Below, piece after piece: positions 51,455-61,342 of a stretch of 64,000 nt of DNA. How positions within the stretch are numbered: position 1 is the stretch's first letter; every line of letters begins with the position of its first letter. Under the pieces are notes generated by a model, which was not told where the DNA came from, made no database searches, and saw only the letters and a program-made list of their open reading frames with translations. A program made the position numbers and the translations under genes. The stretch is from Mobula hypostoma (taxonomy: Eukaryota): contig NC_086115.1 of NCBI RefSeq assembly GCF_963921235.1, forward strand, positions 24,986,001-25,050,000, written 5' to 3'.

Positions 51455-51705
51455 AGAGGGAAGGGGTGGAAGCCTTATAAAGACGGTGGGTGGGGGTGGG
51501 AAGGAGAAGGCTGGAGAACCACCTCCTTCTACTACCCATTGTGTTTTCCCCTATTCCTTCTTCACCTTTCCTGCCTATCACCTCCCTGCTTCCCCTCCCC
51601 CACCCCTTTATCTTTCCCCTTACTGGTTTTTCACCTGGAACCTACCAGCCTTCTCCTTCCCACCCTCGCCCCACCTTCTTTATAGGGCCTCTGCCCCTTC
51701 CCTCT

Positions 51706-51745
51706 TCAGTCCTGACGAAGGGTTCCGGCCCGAAACGTTGACTGA
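51706..51745 (+). ncRNA. Minimal type I hammerhead ribozyme, intact, 6-bp stem I; predicted cleavage after 51739
   Basis: TCAGTC-CTGACGA-A-GGGT(TCCG)GCCC-GAAA-CG-TT^GACTGA. Confidence 0.85.
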
Positions 51746-53009
51746 TCGTTCCACGGATGCTGCCCGACCTGCTGAGTTCCTCCAGCGTGTTGTGAGTGTA
51801 GGTAGTTTGTTCCATGTGTCCTTAACTCACTGTGTTAAAAAATGCTTCCTGATGTTAGTCTGAAATCTACCTTTAACCGGTCTCCACCTATGGCCCTGTG
51901 TCCTTGCAGGTGGATTAATTTTGAAGTAGCAGCTGGCATTCACCTTACTTATACCTTTAATGATTTTGAGCACTTCAATCACGTCTCCTCTCATTCTGTG
52001 TCTACTTAGGCTAAAAAGTTTTAATTCTTTCACTCTTTCTTCATAGCTCATACCCTGCAAACCTGCAGGTATAGCTGAATGTAAGAAAGATCTACTAGTG
52101 TGCTGTAGTGCTCTATGACTAATATTTGCTGGGGTGGGGGCTGCAAATTAAAATTCACAGTGCATGGTTGTTAGCAGATGTCCTCATTTCTGCCGTTGTG
52201 GTGTTAAGAAGGTTATTGATGAAGCAGCTGAAAGGGACATTGCCCTGCAAAACTTATTCAGGGCTGAGATCATTGACCTCCAGCAAGCACAACCATCACC
52301 CTAGATATGCAGCAAACAGAAAACCTCCCTTTGATTCTTGTTGGCATCACTTTTACCAGGACTCCTAGACACCTTTGTTGATCGAATTCAGCACTGATTT
52401 ACGGCTGTTGTTCTTATCTGAAGTCTGGAGTACAGTTCCTGCCTCCACATGTTCAGCCAAGGCAACAGGAAGGTCTGGAGCCGAGATATCTGGATGAAAC
52501 CGAAACCGAGAATCGGTGAGCAAGTCATTGTAAGTGCCATGTTATAGCACTGTTGAAGCCACCTCCTATATGAAGAATAGTGTGAAGGGGTGATGACTCG
52601 ATGAGATATGGCGTCTTATTATGTCCTGAGAGTAAAACTTGGCTCCATCTGAATTCATCACCCAGGATGCTGCCACATGATCTATCCAGTTTTATTGAAT
52701 TTTAATGTAACCATTTTGATACAATTGAATAGCTTGCTAGTTAATAATCAACCACAGAGTTCAAATTCAAGTTATTTTCATGGGTGTACATACAAAGGGT
52801 ACAAGTACTATTAAAATTAGGTTTGTACAGCAGCAGCTCAGTACATTACAACCACAACAAAAATAAACTACATTAACCTAAATTAACATAAATTATACAT
52901 AACTTACATGGCACAATAAACAAAACTAATATAATGCCATTACTTCCATTGCCTGAACTTTGTTGGGTCTTTGCAGTTGCATGTAAATCAAACTGGATCA
53001 GAATGATAG

Positions 53010-53162
53010 GCACAAGAAATTCAGCAGATGCTGGAAATCCAGAGCAACACATACAAAATGCTGGAGGAATTCAGCAGGTTATAGTGGTCTATCAGTACAT
53101 ATACAGTACACTCTTTCCATTGATGCTACCTGACCTGCTGAGTTCCTCCAGCATTTTGTGTG
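53010..53162. mobile_element. Small fold-back Penelope-derived element lacking the hammerhead
   Basis: ACAAAATGCTGGAGGAATTCAGCAGGT with inverted ACCTGCTGAGTTCCTCCAGCATTTTGT. Confidence 0.7.
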
Positions 53163-54994
53163 GAAAAGGATCATTTCTTTTCCTCTGTGAACCTTATAGA
53201 TATTTTTAAAACCATAAGTCTTAAAAACATGCAGTTTCATAGTCATTATTTTCTAGTTTATTTTACTTGAATTCCACATCAGAAGGTAAATAACCCATTT
53301 GCTGAAGGGGGTGGGGGGGGGGAGTTTCATGCTTCTAAATGATAAAACTAGGTATCTCTTCTGTTTTTACCCTGGGTGCCATTAATTTTCAAGTTAGACT
53401 AGTTACAAAATCTGATTTAAAATTTTCATTTTTATTTTCTGCCTCATGTTTTTTAAAAATTAATGGAGGTTTAAGGAATAATTAGTGGTAAGTAATAAAA
53501 TGCCACTTTAGTGGGGATTTATCCCTCTCATAAGCAAGACTTCAAATAAATCTGCATGTTGTACTCATCTGTGAAACATTTTAAAAATTTAATTTAATTA
53601 TTATTTCAATATAAGATTTGTCCTTTATAATTATAAAGATGCGGAGATCCTGAGGATACATGTGGAAAGAATGCTTCCTTCATATGCAGAGTCATTTATT
53701 CATCACATGTACATTGAAACATATAGTGAAATTCACTAATTGCATTAATAACCAGCACACTTAAGGATGTGTAATTGTCACCACACATTCCAGCACCAAC
53801 ATAGTATGCTCACCATGTTCACAGTTCACACAAGCAACAAGAGAACAAGAGCAGCAAAACAAGTCCTTTAACACACACACACACACACACAGACCATCAT
53901 CCCCAGGGCAGATGGCCTCTGGGTCTCCAGCCTCCAGTGGACTCAGAATTGCAGGGAATCTAGAACAAGAGGTCACTGTTGAAAAATGCAGTATAAATAG
54001 AGGGGAAGCATTTTCTCCACTTGGACTTTGAAGTTCCTTGTCCAGGATGGTGGATGTAGCATGTTTGGATATATTTAAGGAAAGATGATGAAAAGTTACT
54101 GAGGATAGGTGAGAATATGGAATTGTGGTAAAAATCAAATCTGCCATAATGTTATTGAATGGAAGAGGAGCCTGAAACTCTGAGTGGCTTAGTCCACCTC
54201 CTACTTTGTATGTATGTATGTGGAATGGGTACTTTAATATCTCCTTTGAATTTTTTAAAATCTAAGATAAGATTAGAAGAACATATGTGTCAATGGTTCC
54301 CAGAGCTCTTATCTCATCATTAGCATTTTCTGAATCTGTTGTAGAATTTTTGATTATTCTGATCCAATAACTCATCCGTAAGTGTCAGGATGGTAAAAGG
54401 CAAATCTGATTTGTGAAATAGTTCCAATTATTTTTAAATGGCCTTGGGCTTTTTTAATAGAAGTATTGTTCAAGCTCTTGAAAATCTGATTGGGAATTGT
54501 TAAAGCCAGGAGAGGATATGTAACTGTGCCTCATCTTTAAACTAAGATATAGGTCATTCATGGATCATTTTAGCACATCTATGTTACGTGAAGTGGTAGC
54601 AGAATAGGAACAAACCACTTATTTCACTTCCTTTTCATGCTAGTGACTTTACAAAAGAGTTGACAGAACTTGACCCTACCAGATGTCAAAGCTCAAGACA
54701 GATGTGTAAATTAGGCTTCAGCTTTGCAAACAGGAATAGACCTATCCAAATAAATACTTGCCAATAGATTTACAGCACCATAAAAACTACTCCATGAATG
54801 AATACATTAATTCCATCGAAACCTTTTTTAAATTTTACTGCCACACATTTCGTTCACAGAAATGCAGATGATAATTAAATTCTTGGCACTCAAGGATCAA
54901 TCAGTTTGGCTCAATTTCTCCATTTATTTTCCCCAGCAGCAGTGACTTGCCATAATTATTTTTTTGATTTGCTAAATACATAAAAAGCAGGTGT

Positions 54995-55365
54995 ATAGTA
55001 GCAAAGTGATTATGTGATTAGACTAGCAGTCCAAAGATCTGGACTAATGATATTGAGACATGAATGTAAATCCCAACACAGAAACAGGGAAGCTTAATAC
55101 TTGGTTAATTAAATCAACCCTGGACTTTTAGTATCAGTAGTGTGATAATAACACAACAAGATTATTGTAAAAACCTGAATGACTCACTTACATCCTTAAG
55201 CCAAGAAAATCTGCTTTCTTGGCCTAACTTGATTGATTCTGGTCTCACAACAATGTAATTAACTCTTAACTGCCTTCTAAAATGGGCCAGATAGTTGTTC
55301 AGTTCAAGATCAATTAATGATGGGCAATAAATATTGGGCTTGCTACTGATGTTTATGTCCAAGCA
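54995..55365 (+). mobile_element. Old tRNA-derived SINE with LINE-like tail
   Basis: Decayed head GACTAGCAGTCCA...AAATCCCA, body TTGTAAAAACC...GAAAATCTGC, tail GATGGGCAATAAAT. Confidence 0.5.
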
Positions 55366-55789
55366 TAAAGGGGTTGAGATATGAAGAGAAGATGATATAT
55401 GAAGACAATGGACATCATTTCAGAACACAGGATTGCATACTTAAGCCTGAGCTGAGGAATTCTTTACTTTCGGAGAATTTTTGAAGGAGGAGTCATTGAA
55501 TATATTAATAAAAGGATTTGACAGAGAATCAAGGGACATGAGCAGATTCAGGAAAGCTGAATTGATGTCAAAATTTGATAAGACACTGCCTTATTGAAAG
55601 ATGAAGGAGGCTCAAGGGACAGATTGACCCATTTGTCCTGCTGTTTCTTATATTTTTATTAAATCGGGCTTTCACTTTGACTCCATTCACCAATTTTGTG
55701 TCCATGTCAATATGGCTGGACATCCTTACATTCAAAAAATCTATTAACTCCAATCTTGGGATTGAAATTTCCATACCTTGAGTTTTAAA

Positions 55790-56720
55790 TTGGTAAATTG
55801 GTGTATTTTTGTCGTATGTAATGAGCTACAATGAACATTTTTGTTTTGCATGTCTATTCAGATCATTTGATCACATCAGTGTACTGAGGTAGTACAAGGG
55901 AAAACAATAAGTAGGACAACGTGTTACAGCTACAGACAAAGTGCAGTGCAGGCAAACAATAAAATTGCAAGGTCATAATGAGGACGATTGTGAGATTAAG
56001 AGTCCACCTCATCAGACTAGGGGGCAATTCAGTACTGTTATAAAACAGGATAGGAGCTGTCCTTGAGTCTAATACATGCCTTCAGGTTTTTGTATCTTCT
56101 GCCTGATCCTCTGAGGGTGAAAAGAATATGTCCAGGTTGAGTAAGATCTTTGGCTGTCTTGGCTGCTTTACTGAGACAGCGAGAAATGTAGACAGAGTCC
56201 ATGCAGGAGAGGCTGGTTTCTGTGAAATCCGAGCTGCATCTACAACGTTCTTGACCATGTTGTCTATGTGGTTGGACAGGACAGCCTATTGGTGATGTTC
56301 GGTTCTGGAAACTTAAAAGATTTCAACCCTCTGAACGCTGGCACCGTCGATGCGAATAGGAGTGTGTGCATTGTCCCCCTTCCAAGACCAGCTCTTTTCT
56401 TTTGCTAATATGTAGGAAAGGCACCATGACACCATGTCACTAGATTCTGTATCTCCTTTTCTGTACTCTGACTCATCGTTATTTGAGATTTGACTCTCTA
56501 TGGTGGTGTTATCTGAAAACTTCTTACTGGAGATAGAGCAGAATCGCAGAATCTGGCCATGCAGTCACATGTGTACAGGGAATAGGACAGAAAATGACGC
56601 AGCCTTGTGGGGCACCAGTGTTGAGAATAATGGCGGAGGTGTTGCTGCCTATCCTTATTGATTGTAGTCTGTTGGTCAGGAAGTGAAGGATTCAATTGCA
56701 AAGGGATATGTTGAGTCCCC
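55790..56720 (-). mobile_element. Rex1/Babar-like LINE fragment
   Basis: Reverse-strand STGAPQG and FSDNTT remnants. Confidence 0.6.
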
Positions 56721-57359
56721 ACATTTCTACATATGTTGGAAATGTGCTTTTTGGTTTCAGTATTGAGTGACTTAATTCTGATTTTAAGATCTAAAGAGAA
56801 ATTAATCTTTGGTTACTCATGCTCTATGTAGGCAGTGTAGGCAAAATAGGACTTCATGACAAAGACACAAGTACCTCCCGATTCAGTCATTATCTCAGTT
56901 AAGACTAGAACATATCTTAAGTGGTTAAGTGGCTTTTATTTTTTTATATGTTCTATTTCAGACTTCAATGTCAATGTCCAACCTTTTAAGAACATTTTTA
57001 TTTGATATAGACATGGGGATATTGAAGTTTTTTTGCTTTTTTTCCTAGTAAAGAATAAAACTATGCTATTTATCCTCTTATTTGGTCAGTCTGCTGTTTC
57101 CATTAATGAAAAATAATTTGTTGACTATGTAATCACTGTGAACTCTAGAATTTATACATTTAAGGGTTTCTGGATTCCAAATATGTTTTCAATTGGAAGG
57201 AACAGTTCAGTGAAGAGTAGCTGAAAAAAAAACAGGGCCTAAATAATCGAGATTAAGATTTAATTCAGTTGTATAGTAACATTAGAGAGTCTGCAAGCTG
57301 CCTGTTTGAGTTCTCTGGAATGTTCTAGTTAACATTAATCTCTGAACTAATATCACACA

Positions 57360-57790
57360 GAATAAGACATAAGAGCAGATTTAGGCCATTTGGCCAATTG
57401 AGTCTGCTCATAGCGGATTTATTATCCCTCTCAACCCCATTCACCTGCCTTTTCCCTGTAATCTTTGCACCCTTCCTAATCAAGATCCTATCAGTCACCG
57501 CTTTAAATATACCCAATGACTTGGCCTCCATAGCTATATGTGGCAATGAATTCCACAGATTCATCATCCTCCGGCTAAAGAAGTTCCTCCTCATTTCTTT
57601 ACTAAAGGGATATTCTTGTATTCTGAGGCTGTGCCCTCTGGTCCTAGACTCCCCCTCTATAGGAAACATCTTCTCCATATCCATTCTATCTAGGCCAGTA
57701 TTCAATAGATTTCATTGAGATTTTCCCCCTTCCTTATTCTTCTATACCCCAGTGAGATGAGGCCTAGAACCATCAAATGCTTCTTCTAGG
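57360..57790 (-). mobile_element. CR1 LINE 3' fragment
   Basis: GLDRMDMEKMFP..ESRTRGHSLRI..RRNFFS..NLWNSLP. Confidence 0.8.
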
Positions 57791-58357
57791 AAGATAATCT
57801 GGTCAGCTATTGTAATGCTGTTTATAGAGCACTGTTGTGAATAGGATGACGTATGATTCTCTATTACAGCTGACCCTACCCTTCAAAAGAGTATTCGTAT
57901 GTACTGATATCATGGAAGAGATTATATCATTGGCGCACAGAGGCTTGCTTCTCATTCCAATCCTTGTCAGAATCTGAATGAGAATTATTGCCATATATGA
58001 TATGAAGATTCAAAAACAAGAGAACAGCTGCAGATGTTGGAAATCCAAACAACACACACAAAATGCTGGAGGAATTCAGCAGGCCAGGCTGAACAGAGTC
58101 AAAGTAGAGTCACTGCTGTGCCGTCTTCATGATTGCATCAATGTGTGAGGCCAGGACAGATCCTCAGAATTACTGAAACCCAGGATCTTAATGTTGGTTG
58201 CTCTTTCCACAGCTGGCTCCTCGATGAGAATTGGTACAGACTCTGTTTCCCCCTTTAAGGAGCCTGCACCGGAGCCCTTGACATGGTAACTTGAGTCAAT
58301 TTGGATACCAAATTCCTACCATTTTAGATTAACTATCCCAAATGTAATTGATTATTT

Positions 58358-59170
58358 ATAGAACATAGAACAATACAGCACAGGAACAGGCTATTCAACC
58401 AACAATGTTATGCCAATCCAGCTAAAAAGCAAATCAAAACACACAAACACTAATCTCTCCTACCTAAACCATGTCCATATCCCTCCAAATTCCTTCCTTC
58501 CATATGCCTATGCAAGCGTCTCTGAAACCTTCTAATAGATTTGCCTCTACCGCCATACCAGGCATCCACAACGCTGAGTAAAACAACATACCCCTTACAT
58601 CCCCCTTGAACCAACCCGCTCTCAACTTCCATGCATGGTCTCGGGTATTAGACGTTTCAATCCAGGGAAACAAATACTCTCTGTCCACTCTATCTATGCC
58701 TCTCATAATCTTGTAAACCTCTACAGATCTCCTCTCAGCCTCTGGTGCTCCAGAAGAAACAAACCAAATTTAGCCAGCCTCTCGTGATAGCACATGTCCC
58801 TGAAACCAGGCAGCATCCTAGTAAACCTGTTCTGCACTGTTTCCAAAGCCTTAACATCCTTCCTACAGTGGGGCGAATAAAACTATACACAATACTCCAG
58901 ATGTGCTCTAACCAGAGTTTTATAAAGTTGCAACATAACTTCTTGACTTTTGAAGTCAATGCTTCGACTTATAAAAGCAAGCATTCCATAAGCCTTCATA
59001 TAATAATAATATAATAATAAGCCACATATTCTGCCCCATCTAAACCCCTTACACTAAGAAGGTCCTGTTTTGTATTAGGGAAGTTGAAATCTCTCATGAC
59101 AACAACCCTATTATTTTTACACACTTCCTTAATCCTATTATCTCTGCTCCTCTTCCCACACCTCAGTGTT
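58358..59170 (-). mobile_element. CR1 LINE fragments
   Basis: MRGIDRVDREYLFP; (ATAGAAC) tail; separate endonuclease remnant VVMRDFNFPN near 59080. Confidence 0.75.
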
Positions 59171-59377
59171 TCCAGCATTTTGTGTTTTCTGGTAGGTGTC
59201 TCATTTATTAACATTTAGGCACTGCATGCATAAATCTATTGGTGACCCATTTGTTAATGAGATGGATTTCATAACCTGTAAATTGAAGTAATGAGATTAT
59301 AGCAGAGTGAAAGTTGGATTGCTGAAAGGTGATGTGAAATTTTCCAAATTTTAGTAGTTAGATATGTATTTGATGGG

Positions 59378-59475
59378 AAACACATAAAATGCTGGAGGAA
59401 CTCAGCGGGGCAGGCTGCATATATTGGAGGGAAATGAACAGGCAACAATACAGACAGAGGCCCATCATCAGGAAT
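59378..59475 (-). mobile_element. Decayed Penelope-derived hammerhead element
   Basis: AATGCTGGAGGAACTCAGC...GAGGCCCATCATCAGGA. Confidence 0.55.
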
Positions 59476-60509
59476 GGGATAAATGATGGTATGTGTGTGT
59501 GTGTGTGTTTTTTTTTGTGGTAAGGAAGTCAATATAAAAGAAAACAAATTAAAGGTGGGTAGAGGGTACAAACATTTATATTATTTTAATAATTGAAGTT
59601 TACTTTATAAGTTGGTGGATGTATTGAAATATATAATGGGATGTAGTTTTGATTTGGACAAACTGCTGTTGAAAATTTGGATGAATGAATGTTTCCAATA
59701 AAATGCATGAAACCACATACAGTATCATTAAATCCTGCATTTTACATAAGGAAACTTGACTGTCTGGCTGTTATTTCATGCATCCTTTGGATTGTCACTC
59801 TGGCATCTGGAATTGTGTGTCAATTCCATTTTATAAGTGCAAGACCTTTAATCAGGTGCACCAAAGTTGTGGGTTTTGTTGCTGATGTATCTGGACAGAG
59901 AGTGCAACATGTTTCCAGATTCACTTGTGAAACATAAGCTTTGTTACTACCAAGGTGGCAGTATATTTTCCTGGCATTGAACAGCTCAGTTTGAAGTGAA
60001 AGTTTTTAAAGAATACCAGGGGGTTGGTCTTCAGTTTTGTAGGACCTATGCAACAAAATTCCTTTCTTAAATTTGTTCACCTCTCTATTTGCAATACCTT
60101 AAAATGCTTAAAAGCTACTTTTTCTTTGATCCTTTGGAAACCTGTCCTAAATCGTCCAATGTGCCTTGCTAGTATTTTTTGTGACACAGCTCCACATAGC
60201 ACTTGAAATGGTTACGGTGTTCAAAAGGTGAATAACTATAAGTCACTACGATTGCTGTTGCTGCTGTACAAGGACCACAGCCAGACCAATGGGAAGAGAA
60301 AATGATCACCAGTGATACAACGTACGTGTCAAAGACTTTTAATCCAGGCACAGCTCAGATGAAAGTTTCAGATTAACTTTTTTTGTCACACGTTCATTGC
60401 AACATACAGAGAAATACATTGTTTGCATCAAATCAAATCAGTGAGTATCAGCTGGGGGCAGCCCACAAGTGTCGCCACGCTTCCGGCACCAACATAGCAT
60501 TCCCACCAC

Positions 60510-60675
60510 TTACTAACCCCATTTATCTGTCTTTAGAATGTGAGCAGAAACCGAAGCATCCAGAGAAAACCCACACAGTCATGAGGAGAATGTAGACAAA
60601 CAGTGGCAGGAATCAAACCCTGATCACTGATTGGTACTGTAAGGTGATTGTGCTAACCACTTTGCTACTGTGACA
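60510..60675 (-). mobile_element. V-SINE fragment
   Basis: GAAACCGAAGCATCCAGAGAAAACCCAC...TGCTAACCACT. Confidence 0.6.
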
Positions 60676-61342
60676 TCCACAACATAAGGGCACACAAGAC
60701 ACGATAAAAAAAACAGCAGTAATTAGCCACCCGATCACACAATCCTGCTCCACATTAAATACGATCATGACCAATCTGCTCCAAGTCTCAATTCCTCTTT
60801 TGTGCCAATTCCTTGTACAGGTATATCAAAATTTAACTACCCCTTTAAATATTTCCAGTGATCTAGCCTCCACAACTCTTCAGGGTAGAGAATTCCATAG
60901 AAATTCCCAATTACCCCAGTTTTGAATGACCATTCCCTCATCTTGTTCTCTTATTCAAGACTCTACCACTAGTAGTAACATCTCAGCATATACTCTGGCA
61001 TGATCCCTTAGGATCTTTATGTTTAATGAGATCAGGAGAAGAGTTTTTAAAAAATTGTTTGAGGAATTCAGTGGGTCAGGCAAAATCTAAAGAGACAGAG
61101 GGATATTTTAATTCACTGAGGCAGTGACACAATATTCAGCAGGTAGAAGATCACTGGGATTTGTTCACATTAGCTGTCCAACATGGTTACTTGTTCCTCC
61201 TTTGCTGTTAGTTTTAAAGAACCTTAACAGTAGAGCCTGGCTTTATAGTCTCATATCTCTGAGACATAAAACTATAGTGGGTGGTGTCTTAACAAAGCCC
61301 TCCTACAAACTCTGTCATGCAACCCATTTTTAAAAACTGGCA

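Larger units (their letters stand above)
51325..51798. mobile_element. Fold-back Penelope-derived element (second subfamily), 14-bp TSD
   Basis: TSD TAGGTAGTTTGTTC at 51311-51324 and 51799-51812; inverted arms 51361-51514 and 51645-51798. Confidence 0.9.
51175..52040 (-). mobile_element. CR1 LINE 3' fragment interrupted by a Penelope-derived element
   Basis: MSYEERVKELKLFSL..RMRGDVIEV..RTQGH; (AACGTAAG) tail at left. Confidence 0.8.
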
